A stretch of DNA of 64,000 bases from Candidatus Omnitrophota bacterium (GCA_043808095.1 JAZDFF010000031.1:37073-101072); one strand, 5' to 3'; shown: positions 10,545-19,383, numbered from the stretch's first letter. Program-made: numbers and translations. Notes: generated from the letters alone by a model not told the origin.

Positions 10545-11051
10545 ATGGTAATAACAGGCTACGCCTATAAACTCGGCGACAACATCAATACCGACGTAAT
10601 TATCTCGGGCCGTTACAAATTCCAGATCACCGATATGAAAGAGCTCTCAAGGCATATCTTTGAAGATATCGACCCTGATTTTGCCAAAAATATAAAACCG
10701 GGAGAATCTATTATTGTGGCCGGCGAGAATTTCGGCTTAGGTTCATCTCGCGAACAGGCGCCTTTAGCCATAAAGGCCGCAGGTATTGTTGCGGTGGTCG
10801 CCAAAAGTTTTGCCCGCATATTCTTCAGAAATTCATTTAATGTTGGCCTGCCTTTAATTGAATTAGATACTAATCCAATCAGTCAATCGGATAAACTCGA
10901 GATTGATTTAGATAATGGCAGGCTTACTGATTTGACCAAAAACAAAGAACTAAAATCAAAACCCATACCGCCATTTATGCAGGATTTGTTAAAAGAAGAC
11001 GGCGTAATTAATTACTTTAAAAAACACGGCGATTTGAAATTTGACATTTGA
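10545..11051 (+). CDS. leuD: Aconitase-family dehydratase small subunit, archaeal-type LeuD-like (168 aa)
   Basis: LeuD swivel domain and GENFGLGSSREQA motif. It is separated from its large subunit by pilT. Confidence 0.7.
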   Translation: MVITGYAYKLGDNINTDVIISGRYKFQITDMKELSRHIFEDIDPDFAKNIKPGESIIVAGENFGLGSSREQAPLAIKAAGIVAVVAKSFARIFFRNSFNVGLPLIELDTNPISQSDKLEIDLDNGRLTDLTKNKELKSKPIPPFMQDLLKEDGVINYFKKHGDLKFDI

Positions 11052-11132
11052 TTATAAGTATACATCTGTGCTAATCTTGTATCTTTTCATCTGTGCTAAT
11101 CTGTGATTTCTCTTTTTAATTTATAGGAAAAT

Positions 11133-12212
11133 ATGAAACATACAATTACCCTTATCCCAGGTGACGGCATCGGCCCGGAAGTAGCCTTGGCTGCCAGGCG
11201 CTGCGTTGAGGCTACAGGCGTAGATATAAAGTGGGAGGAAGTTATTGCCGGAGAGGAAGCAATTAAGAAATTTAAGACCCCGCTTCCTGAAAATGTCCTT
11301 GAATCGATTAAAAAGAATAAAGTGGCATTAAAAGGCCCGATTACCACGCCTGTTGGCGGCGGTTATCGCTCAATAAATGTCGAGTTGCGCCAGCGGCTGG
11401 GGCTCTTTGCTTGCCTGCGGCCGGCAAAATCCATTCCCGGAGTTATCTCAGCCTATAAAGATATTGATTTGGTGATCGTCCGTGAGAATACCGAAGATTT
11501 ATATGCCGGCATAGAGTTCCAGCAGGGTAAGCCTGATACCCAAGAATTGATTAAGACCCTAAACAAATTACAGAAAAAAGCCATTAAAGTTGACTCAGGC
11601 CTTTCCATCAAGCCTATTTCTATATCTGCCTCTCGTAAGATCGTGCGTTTTGCCTTTGATTACGCACTAAAATTCAACCGCAAAAAAGTTACCTGTGTGC
11701 ACAAGGCAAACATTATGAAGTTTACCGACGGGCTATTTCTCGAAGAGGCAAGAAAAGTCGCCAGGGATTTTGAGGGAAAAATTGAATTTTCTGACTGTAT
11801 CGTAGATAATCTGGCCATGCAGTTAGTAAAAGCCCCGAAGAATTTCGATGTCTTAGTCCTGCCTAATCTATACGGCGATATCATCTCTGACCTCTGCGCC
11901 GGCCTAATCGGCGGCTTAGGCGTGGCAAGCGGGGCAAATATCGGAGATGACATGGCATTATTTGAGCCGGTTCATGGCGCTGCCCCCAAATATGAAGGAA
12001 AAAATAAAATTAACCCTACTGCCTGTATCCTTTCGGCAGTTTTAATGCTCAGATACCTGAATGAATTTAAGGCCGCAGACAAATTAGAGGCTGCTGTTAT
12101 CTCCGTAATCAAAGAAGGCAAATCCGTTACCTACGACCTGAAGAAAGACAGAAACGATCCTACTGCTGTTGGTACTGTCGAGATGACCAACGCTATTATA
12201 AAAAGGATATAA
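11133..12212 (+). CDS. Isocitrate/homoisocitrate dehydrogenase family (NAD-IDH-like beta-decarboxylating dehydrogenase)
   Basis: GGYRSINVELRQRLGLFACLRP and NLYGDIISD. The substrate-loop sequence resembles IDH more than LeuB. Confidence 0.7.
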   Translation: MKHTITLIPGDGIGPEVALAARRCVEATGVDIKWEEVIAGEEAIKKFKTPLPENVLESIKKNKVALKGPITTPVGGGYRSINVELRQRLGLFACLRPAKSIPGVISAYKDIDLVIVRENTEDLYAGIEFQQGKPDTQELIKTLNKLQKKAIKVDSGLSIKPISISASRKIVRFAFDYALKFNRKKVTCVHKANIMKFTDGLFLEEARKVARDFEGKIEFSDCIVDNLAMQLVKAPKNFDVLVLPNLYGDIISDLCAGLIGGLGVASGANIGDDMALFEPVHGAAPKYEGKNKINPTACILSAVLMLRYLNEFKAADKLEAAVISVIKEGKSVTYDLKKDRNDPTAVGTVEMTNAIIKRI

Positions 12213-12300
12213 GAAAATTATAGTTCATTGTTAATGTTTGTCTGTCGTTGTCGATGTTGGTATCGAAACTCGATTCTTGAAGCCGGGAATTATAATATTA

Positions 12301-12350
12301 ATGTAGTTAAACTAGCATCTGGTATCTGGCATCTTGTATCTAGCATCCAT
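12301..12350. repeat. Heptanucleotide tandem repeat (TNGYATC x about 5)
   Basis: tagcatc tggtatc tggcatc ttgtatc tagcatc. Confidence 0.5.
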
Positions 12351-12469
12351 ACCGAGAGACGAGCTTCGATGACTAAAAGAATAATAATCTCCTTTTGATT
12401 AACCAATATTTATCTGTGCTCATCTTGTATCATTTCATCTGTGCTAATCTGTGTAAAGATGCAACCTTA

Positions 12470-12527
12470 GATAGCCTCAGATAACATCAGAAAACCTTAG
12501 ATAACCTCAGATAACATCATATAACCT
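12470..12527. repeat. Tandem CAGATAACAT / TAGATAACCT decamer-like repeats immediately upstream of mdh
   Basis: agatagcctcagataacatcagaaaaccttagataacctcagataacatcatataacc. Confidence 0.5.
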
Positions 12528-13448
12528 ATGAAAGTAGCTGTGATCGGTGCCGGCAACGTCGGCGGAACGCTCGCAATGCGCCTTGCTGAAAAAGACATTG
12601 CCGATGTAGTCTTAGTGGACGTGGTGAAAAACCTCGCCCTGGCCAAGGCCTCTGATATCAAAGACGGCTTAGGAATCTCCAAATTCAATCATAAACTCGA
12701 AGCCGGGCAAGATATCTCTCTTGCAAAAGGCTCACAGGTTGTCGTGATAACTGCCGGCTTGAGTCGAAAACCCGGAATGACCAGAGAGGACCTCTTAAAG
12801 AATAACGCCAAAATAATTACGGATATCAGCCGGGCATTAAAAACCATAATCGAAAAAAAGACCATAATAATCGTAGTCAGTAACCCCGTAGATTTAATGA
12901 GTTATCTGGTTTATAAAGAGACCGGGCTTCATCCGCGCTCAATTATCGGTATGGGCCCTAGCCTTGACGCCAGCCGTTTTGCCAATCTTATTTCCGAAGA
13001 GTTAAAGGTCTCACCGCGGTTTGTAAATACCTCGGTTATCGGCGCTCATGGTGAAACCATGGTAGTATTAAGCCGGTTTAGTTTTGTCCAGGGTAAACCC
13101 CTTAAAGATATATTAGCCCAGGATAAAATCAATTCGCTGGTTGAGCGGACCAAAAACCGCGGGGCAGAGATTGTTTCCTTATTCGGGACAGGGAGTGCCT
13201 ACACTGCGCCTTCATTAGCATCCCTTGAGATGGTTGAGGCGATAATCCGCGATGAACGCCAGAAAGTTATCTGCGCAAGCGCCTATTTAGACGGTGAATA
13301 CGGCCTGAAAGACGTATTTATCGGGGTCCCTATAAATCTCTGTAACCTCGGAATCTGGCGTATCGTCCAGCTCGACCTGAATAAAGAAGAACTAGAGGCC
13401 TTACGCAACTCCGCTGCTTCCATTAAGAACTCATTATCTAGTATCTAG
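12528..13448 (+). CDS. mdh: Malate dehydrogenase (LDH-like MDH family)
   Basis: Rossmann motif GAGNVGG at the N-terminus, an overall LDH/MDH fold, and a length of 306 aa. Confidence 0.8.
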   Translation: MKVAVIGAGNVGGTLAMRLAEKDIADVVLVDVVKNLALAKASDIKDGLGISKFNHKLEAGQDISLAKGSQVVVITAGLSRKPGMTREDLLKNNAKIITDISRALKTIIEKKTIIIVVSNPVDLMSYLVYKETGLHPRSIIGMGPSLDASRFANLISEELKVSPRFVNTSVIGAHGETMVVLSRFSFVQGKPLKDILAQDKINSLVERTKNRGAEIVSLFGTGSAYTAPSLASLEMVEAIIRDERQKVICASAYLDGEYGLKDVFIGVPINLCNLGIWRIVQLDLNKEELEALRNSAASIKNSLSSI

Positions 13449-13500
13449 TATCTATTATCTAGCATCTACTGACTACTATTTACTATCTACTTTCTACTTA
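13435..13500. repeat. Degenerate heptanucleotide tandem repeat (YTATCTA-like, about 9 units) overlapping the mdh stop codon
   Basis: tatcta gtatcta ttatcta gcatcta ctgacta ctattta ctatcta ctttcta. Confidence 0.6.
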
Positions 13501-13502
13501 GC

Positions 13503-14801
13503 ATGTTTGACCTCACAATCATCGGCGCCGGCTGGGCAGGCTACTCCGCAGCCCTGCGCGCCAAAGAATTAGGTAAGTCCGTCTGCCTGATTGAAAAATC
13601 CGATATCGGCGGCACCTGTCTAAACCGCGGCTGTATCCCCACCAAATTCCTCGTTACTGCTGCAAAACAAATCAGCGCATTTAAAAAAGCGAACTCTTAC
13701 GGGATTGAGGTATCTTCCTATAACCTTGACTTTAAAAAGACCATCGAAAATAAAAACGGGCTGATTGCAAAACAACGCGCTACCATGGAAAATCAGCTAA
13801 AGATTAAAGGAATAGAGGTCATTAAATCAGAAGGCCGGCTCACAGGCCCAAACCGGATAAAGGCAGGTGAAAGGGTTATCGAGTCCAAATACATACTCAT
13901 TGCCACCGGCTCTAAGCCCTTTGAGCTGCCTGACCTGAAATTTGACCGCTCTAAATTCATTTCAAGCGATGAACTCTTGAATCAAAGCAGCATCCCGAAA
14001 ACCTTGCTGATAGTAGGAGGGGGAGTAATCGGCTGCGAATTTGCCAGCATTTTTAACAGCCTGGGCTCCAAGGTAACCATTGTAGAATTATTAGATAGGA
14101 TCCTGCCTACCGAAGACAAAGAGGCCTCAAAGAAGCTCGAAGTAACTCTTAAGAAAAAAGGCATAACTATCCATACTGCAAAAAAAGCCCAGGACCTTAA
14201 TTTGAATGATTTTGAAAAAGTCCTGGTCTGCGTTGGAAGGGCCTCTAACACCAGAGATTTAGGCCTGGATGAGTTAGGAGTAAAAATTAATAAAGGCGCT
14301 ATTTGCGTAAATGAGTATTTAGAAACCAGTATCAAAAATATTTATGCCGCAGGCGATTGTATCGCTGGCTATCAACTTGCCCATGTTGCCGCTTATGAGG
14401 GAAAACTCAGCGTAGATAATATGTTCGGCCAGAAACAAAAAGCTGACTATAGCAGTGTGCCGAGCGCCATATTTACCGAGCCAGAGATTGCAAGTGTCGG
14501 GATAGATGAAGATGAGGCAAAGGCCAAAAATATCGAGATAAAGGTTGCTAAATTTAGCTTTCTTGGCCTTGGCCTTGCCCATATAACCGGCGCAACCGAC
14601 GGCTTTATCAAAATAATTGCCGCCAAACATACCGAAGAAATATTGGGCGCAGTTATCTTTGGCCAATCCGCAACCGAATTAATCGGTAGTCTATCTCTTG
14701 CCATTAGAAATAAGCTCACCATCTCTCAGATTAAAAATACTATTTTCCCGCATCCAACCATCTCCGAATCCATTCTTGAAGCAGTATTGAGAACGCAATA
14801 A
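13503..14801 (+). CDS. lpdA: Dihydrolipoyl dehydrogenase-family flavoprotein disulfide reductase
   Basis: FAD motif GAGWAGY, redox-active GGTCLNRGCIPTK, and a C-terminal dimerisation domain. It is short for Lpd at 432 aa. Confidence 0.7.
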   Translation: MFDLTIIGAGWAGYSAALRAKELGKSVCLIEKSDIGGTCLNRGCIPTKFLVTAAKQISAFKKANSYGIEVSSYNLDFKKTIENKNGLIAKQRATMENQLKIKGIEVIKSEGRLTGPNRIKAGERVIESKYILIATGSKPFELPDLKFDRSKFISSDELLNQSSIPKTLLIVGGGVIGCEFASIFNSLGSKVTIVELLDRILPTEDKEASKKLEVTLKKKGITIHTAKKAQDLNLNDFEKVLVCVGRASNTRDLGLDELGVKINKGAICVNEYLETSIKNIYAAGDCIAGYQLAHVAAYEGKLSVDNMFGQKQKADYSSVPSAIFTEPEIASVGIDEDEAKAKNIEIKVAKFSFLGLGLAHITGATDGFIKIIAAKHTEEILGAVIFGQSATELIGSLSLAIRNKLTISQIKNTIFPHPTISESILEAVLRTQ

Positions 14802-14810
14802 ATGAAACGT

Positions 14811-14925
14811 TTAAGGGATAGCAGGGTATAGAAGGGGATAGTAAGGTATAGAAAGGGATTTTTAAAAACCCTGCTAACCTATCCTGACCCTTGCTAACCC
14901 ATCCTAACCCCTAAACGTAGAGAAT
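14811..14925. repeat. Inverted pair of about 20-nt tandem repeats (GGGATAGCAGGGTATAGAAG x2.3 / CCCTGCTAACCTATCCTGA x2.3)
   Basis: Direct reading of the lpd-lipB intergenic region. The two arms are approximately reverse-complementary. Confidence 0.6.
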
Positions 14926-15579
14926 ATGAGCATTAGAGTTATTGACTTAGGCCTCATAGAGTTTCTTAAAGCCCACAAGATTCAAAAACACCTCGTTGAC
15001 GAACTTAAATCTAATGGCTGGCACGACACTCTAATTATCTGCGAACACCCCCCGACTATTACCCTGGGAAGAAAAACCAGGCTGGAAAATCTACTTGCCG
15101 ACGAGAAAACCTTAAAAGAAAGAAAAATATCGGTCTTTCGCGCTGACAGGGGAGGAGATGTCACCTATCACGGCCCCGGCCAAATCATCGCTTACCCTAT
15201 ATTTGACTTACGCAGGTATAAAAAAGACATCCATTGGTTCCTAAGGAAACTCGAAGAAATCACAATTGATTTTTTATGGCGATATAAGATATCTGGTGAA
15301 AGAAAAAAGGGTTTTACCGGCGTTTGGGTCGGTAATAAAAAAATCGTCTCAATCGGTATCGGCATTTCTAACTGGATAACCTTCCATGGTCTGGCTATAA
15401 ATGTTAAAACTAACTTAGAATATTTTTCCCTGATTAAGCCCTGCGGCCTTAAAGTCGAAATGACTTCAATGGAAGCAATCTCAGGTAAAAATTACAATTT
15501 AACTGAAGTAAAGCCAGTATTATTAAGAACTATTGAACAGGGATTCAACCACCGTTTTACTAATAGTTTACAAAAATGA
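14926..15579 (+). CDS. lipB: Octanoyltransferase LipB
   Basis: LipB motifs RADRGGDVTYHGPGQ and the catalytic-region context. Confidence 0.8.
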   Translation: MSIRVIDLGLIEFLKAHKIQKHLVDELKSNGWHDTLIICEHPPTITLGRKTRLENLLADEKTLKERKISVFRADRGGDVTYHGPGQIIAYPIFDLRRYKKDIHWFLRKLEEITIDFLWRYKISGERKKGFTGVWVGNKKIVSIGIGISNWITFHGLAINVKTNLEYFSLIKPCGLKVEMTSMEAISGKNYNLTEVKPVLLRTIEQGFNHRFTNSLQK

Positions 15580-17189
15580 ATCTACAAGGCGTACTATCTT
15601 ATTTTACTGCTTTTACAAGTTTAATATTAGGAACCGTTGTTTTATTAAAAGATAGAAAACAAACTTTAAATATAACTTGGTTTCTAATGAGCGTTTGTAT
15701 TTCAATCTGGGCAGGATTATACGCATTCATGATAACAGCTTCCAATTATAATTTAGCATTGTTTAGTGCTAGAGTGCTTAATTATAGCGCTATGTTCATA
15801 GCTCCTTTTTATTTACATTTCATCGCCTCACTTTTAAATAAAAATAGAGAATATAAATCCTTTGTTATTTCATCATATTTTGCTTTAGGAGCTCTATTGA
15901 TTGTTACTTTAATTTTTCCTAATTATTTTGTTCCTGATGTTATGCCTAAATTTGGATTTAAGTTTTATACTAAAGCAGGGTTTTTGTTTTATCCCTATTT
16001 CATATTATGGGCTTTTTATATTACTTATGCATTCATAAAATTAATTTTCGAAAGCGGAAAATATAACGATTTTAAACGTAACCAAATTCAGTACATAATT
16101 TTTGCTTCTCTAATTGGTTTTCCGGCCGGAACAACTTCTTTTCTTGCAGTCCTTACTAAAAATATATCTCCTTTTGGGGTGCCGTTCATTTCCTTATATA
16201 CTTTTATAATTAGCTATGCAATCATTAAACATCACCTCATGGACATCAACGTTGTTATCCGGCGAAGCCTTGTTTATTCGATTCTTGCAGCCTTTATTAC
16301 CGTTATTTATCTTATTTTTGTAATTTTGGCGGAAAGGCTTCTTCATACCTTTGTCGGCTACAGTTCTCTTGTACCAACAATATTAGCCGCCTTTACCATT
16401 GCCATTTTATTTATACCTTTAAAAAACAAAATCCAAGCCTTTGTGGACAGAGTTTTCTTTAAAGGCACGCTTGTTACGCTTTCCCAGGATAAAGAGCGCC
16501 TGGAACAAGAGGTGAGGCAGGGAGAAAAGCTCGCTGCCATAGGAAGGCTCGCCGCCGGTATTGCCCATGAAATCAAAAACCCCTTGACTTCAATCAAGAC
16601 CTTTACTGAATTCCTGAATGAAAAATTTGATGAGCCGGATTTCCGCGATAAATTTAAGAGGATAGTAGGAGAGGAGGTAGACAGGATTAATCACATCGTT
16701 AATAGCCTCCTTGACCTTAGCCGTCCAAAACCTCTTAACCTTGAGTCAGTTGATGTGCCTGAAATCATTGAGAATATCTTGAACTTACTTGAACCTGACC
16801 TAAGCCAAGCCCGAATCACCATTAAAAAAGATTTTCAAGACAATCTTTCTCAAATTCCTGCTGATCCTAACCAGCTAAAACAAGCGTTTATCAACCTGAT
16901 TCTAAACGCCAAGGATGCCATGAAAGACTCTCTTCAAAAAGAACTCACCATTAAGACTCGAAAAGTTTCTAATTTTCTTCAAATAGAAATAATTGATACA
17001 GGCTGCGGAATTCCACAGGATAAACTAAATTCCATCTTTGAACCGTTTTATTCTACCAAAGAGAAAGGCACCGGCCTGGGCCTGTCAATCGTCCACTCCA
17101 TCATCCAAGCTCACCATGGTAAGATAGAAGTCAAAAGCACTCCTGCCGTTGGGACGACATTCATTGTATCCTTACCATTCCGACCATAA
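15576..17189 (+). CDS. Sensor histidine kinase with N-terminal 7TM domain (HisKA + HATPase_c)
   Basis: Multiple N-terminal TM helices. H-box AHEIKNPLTSIK and G-boxes GTGLGLSIV are present. Confidence 0.8.
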   Translation: MNLQGVLSYFTAFTSLILGTVVLLKDRKQTLNITWFLMSVCISIWAGLYAFMITASNYNLALFSARVLNYSAMFIAPFYLHFIASLLNKNREYKSFVISSYFALGALLIVTLIFPNYFVPDVMPKFGFKFYTKAGFLFYPYFILWAFYITYAFIKLIFESGKYNDFKRNQIQYIIFASLIGFPAGTTSFLAVLTKNISPFGVPFISLYTFIISYAIIKHHLMDINVVIRRSLVYSILAAFITVIYLIFVILAERLLHTFVGYSSLVPTILAAFTIAILFIPLKNKIQAFVDRVFFKGTLVTLSQDKERLEQEVRQGEKLAAIGRLAAGIAHEIKNPLTSIKTFTEFLNEKFDEPDFRDKFKRIVGEEVDRINHIVNSLLDLSRPKPLNLESVDVPEIIENILNLLEPDLSQARITIKKDFQDNLSQIPADPNQLKQAFINLILNAKDAMKDSLQKELTIKTRKVSNFLQIEIIDTGCGIPQDKLNSIFEPFYSTKEKGTGLGLSIVHSIIQAHHGKIEVKSTPAVGTTFIVSLPFRP

Positions 17190-17264
17190 ACGCAAAAATT
17201 CCTTATCAAAAGTAGTTTCTTGAGATATAATAAATGAAGCCATCCTGACTAGACATCGTGATTT

Positions 17265-17327
17265 GGTCGATTTTCGCTTTTAATTTAAATTTTTGCGTTT
17301 TAGCGGCTTTTTGCGTTTTGGCGGTAA
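17265..17327. repeat. TTTTGCG/CCGCAAA-family intergenic repeat
   Basis: ttttcgcttt...ttttgcgttttagcggctttttgcgttttggcgg. Related copies occur at 7801-7904, 18959-18996, 19384-19418 and 25690-25805. Confidence 0.6.
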
Positions 17328-17352
17328 CAACAATTATTATTAGGAGGAAAAT

Positions 17353-17598
17353 ATGACTAGAGTAATTCTACCAGAACTCGGCGAAGGTATAACTAAGGCC
17401 ACAATAACCAATTGGTATTTTGAAGTAGGCGCCGAAGTAAGGCAGGGGGATGATTTAGTAGAGCTTGCTACCGACAAAGCCACTTTTAATCTACCGGCGC
17501 CTTGCTCCGGTGAGTTAGTTGAGATATTATTCTCTGACGGCGACGACGTCCAGGTAGGCGAAGCCTTGGCAATAATTGAAGAAAACACGGGAGAATAG
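17353..17598 (+). CDS. Stand-alone lipoyl-attachment domain protein (E2-type lipoyl domain, 81 aa)
   Basis: LPELGEGITKATITNWYFEVGAEV...ATDKATFNLPAPCSGEL carries the lipoyl-lysine context TDKA. No E2 catalytic domain follows. Confidence 0.6.
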   Translation: MTRVILPELGEGITKATITNWYFEVGAEVRQGDDLVELATDKATFNLPAPCSGELVEILFSDGDDVQVGEALAIIEENTGE

Positions 17599-17647
17599 GA
17601 GAATAATTAAATAGTTTGTTTTTACAACAAAAAAGTTGTAAAAATGC

Positions 17648-17676
17648 TTGACAAGACAACTTTTATGTTGTATATT
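17648..17676 (+). promoter_or_regulatory. Near-consensus sigma70 promoter (TTGACA, 17 nt spacer, TATATT) with flanking ACAAC/GTTGT inverted repeats
   Basis: ttgaca at 17648-17653 and tatatt at 17671-17676. The palindromes ttacaacaaaaaagttgtaa and acaagacaac...atgttgt sit directly upstream of the AbiEii-like gene. Confidence 0.55.
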
Positions 17677-17683
17677 TTAATCT

Positions 17684-18400
17684 ATGGCAACGCGCATAGA
17701 ATATCTTCAAAACAGGGTCTTAGGGACATTATCGGAAAAGCTTGATGAATTCTATTTAGCAGGCGGAACCGCGTTATCATTATATTATTTTCATCACCGT
17801 CAATCGTTAGATTTGGATTTTTTCGCCCAAAAATTTTCCCAAAAAAGTGTTCGCAACATTATTAGGCAATTATCTTTAGCTCTAAATAAAGAAATTGAAT
17901 TAATTAGCGAGGAATCTCGAAAGAACAGAGTAAAGATAATGGTTTATTCTCTAATCATTGACAGAAAACGCTCGTTAAAATTAGATTTTGTAGAGGACTA
18001 TCTTAAGCTTATCAGGCCTCCTAAGCCGATAAACGGGATAAAGGTTTTATCTCTCGAGGATATTTATCTTAGAAAAATTTATGCCATAACCGGAACACAG
18101 CAAATTGAGACAGATTTAGGCGCAAAAGTGACTCATGGGGGAAGACAAGAGGCAAGGGATTTTTACGATTTATACTGCCTTTCTCAGATTTTTATGAGGC
18201 TATCGGCTTTTTGTTTTAAATTTGGTAACCCTTTAATGCGCGAGGGCATTATTAGATGGTTTCGCACCTATAGCCGTATGGATATAAAAACAGGCCTTCT
18301 TGAATTAAAATTAAAAAAGAGTATCGCCTATCTTGAAATGGAGAGGCATTTTAAAAGAGAGGTCGAGAAGATTATTGAAAAAGAGGTTAGTTCAATATGA
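17684..18400 (+). CDS. AbiEii/AbiGii-like nucleotidyltransferase (DUF1814 family; type IV TA / abortive-infection toxin-like)
   Basis: N-terminal motif LAGGTALSLYYFHHRQSLDLDFF matches the GGTAL...R.S.DlD signature of the AbiEii NTase family. Confidence 0.55.
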   Translation: MATRIEYLQNRVLGTLSEKLDEFYLAGGTALSLYYFHHRQSLDLDFFAQKFSQKSVRNIIRQLSLALNKEIELISEESRKNRVKIMVYSLIIDRKRSLKLDFVEDYLKLIRPPKPINGIKVLSLEDIYLRKIYAITGTQQIETDLGAKVTHGGRQEARDFYDLYCLSQIFMRLSAFCFKFGNPLMREGIIRWFRTYSRMDIKTGLLELKLKKSIAYLEMERHFKREVEKIIEKEVSSI

Positions 18401-18930
18401 AATTAAAAAGTGATTGGCTTTGGGATAGAAAAATTACCCCCCAAAAAGCAAAGTCTATATTAAGCAGGCCCGATGATGCGCATTTTTTGGGTTTGGCAAG
18501 CCTTCTATTGTCTAGAAAGAACTCGCCTCAGGAGGTATTTAAGAATTACATTAAGACAATGGATTTCTTGCAAAATTGGCAGAGAATTAAAAGACAGATG
18601 CGTAAAGACAACTGGAATAATCCACGCATAGAATTCTGGCAGGCCATTTATGAGACATTAAAGAAAAAAAATAAGATAAAAATGGTTAATATTTACAATG
18701 GGGAAGAGTTAACAAAACCAAAAAATGAATTTTATAGGACCATTGCCGATAAATTAAAAATGATCCGAAAACAAAAAGGGATAAGCCAGGGCGAATTAGC
18801 CAAGAGGCTTAAGGTTTCTCAGCAGGCGATTTCGCATATTGAGATGGGCAGAGATAATGCCTCTTTACTTACTCTCAAAAAGATCGTCGATGCCTTGGGC
18901 GCTAAGCTTGATGTGGAGATTTCCGGCTGA
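18397..18930 (+). CDS. XRE-family helix-turn-helix protein (C-terminal Cro/C1 HTH), translationally coupled to the upstream NTase
   Basis: ISQGELAKRLKVSQQAISHIEMGRDNASLLTLKKI is an HTH_XRE domain. The start overlaps the upstream stop (ATGA). Confidence 0.7.
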   Translation: MKLKSDWLWDRKITPQKAKSILSRPDDAHFLGLASLLLSRKNSPQEVFKNYIKTMDFLQNWQRIKRQMRKDNWNNPRIEFWQAIYETLKKKNKIKMVNIYNGEELTKPKNEFYRTIADKLKMIRKQKGISQGELAKRLKVSQQAISHIEMGRDNASLLTLKKIVDALGAKLDVEISG

Positions 18931-18958
18931 GATAGTTCAGGGTTAAAAATCTATTTTA

Positions 18959-18996
18959 CACCGCTAAATCGCAAAAGGCCGCAAAACCGCAAAATA
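18959..18996. repeat. CCGCAAA-family repeat (left inverted arm flanking the GxxExxY gene)
   Basis: ccgctaaatcgcaaaaggccgcaaaaccgcaaaa. The reverse-complement arm lies at 19384-19418. Confidence 0.6.
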
Positions 18997-19004
18997 TCTA
19001 AAAC

Positions 19005-19382
19005 ATGACATTAGAGCAAATCAATGAATTATCAAATAAAATTATCGGTTTTGCTATTAAAGTCCATAAAGCCTTAGGCCCTGGGTTTGTTGAAAAAGTA
19101 TACGTAAAGGCATTAATATTTGAATTAGAGAAAAATAAAATCAAGTTTACGCAAGAAAAATCCATTAAAGTTAAATACGAAAATCTTCTCTTGGGCCAAC
19201 ATAGATTAGATTTCTTAATTGAAGACGAAATCATCCTAGAAATAAAAGCAGTTTATGAGATAAATAATTTCCATATGGCGCAAATGCTTTCCTATTTAAA
19301 AGCTGCTGATAAGAAATTGGGTTTAATTTTGAATTTTTCTAGATCAAAATTAGAAATAAAACGAGTTGCTTATAACTTATAA
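19005..19382 (+). CDS. GxxExxY family protein (PD-(D/E)XK nuclease-like)
   Basis: GxxExxY family pattern: KVHKALGPGFVEKVY, D.LIED.IILEIKAV. Confidence 0.7.
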   Translation: MTLEQINELSNKIIGFAIKVHKALGPGFVEKVYVKALIFELEKNKIKFTQEKSIKVKYENLLLGQHRLDFLIEDEIILEIKAVYEINNFHMAQMLSYLKAADKKLGLILNFSRSKLEIKRVAYNL

Positions 19383-19383
19383 C

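Noticed and set aside
10485-12530. Possible CRISPR array suggested by recurring ATCTGTGCTAATCTGTG units
   Set aside because: Units are only two per site, with irregular spacing, are scattered in promoter regions of different genes, and no cas genes are nearby. They are not a CRISPR.
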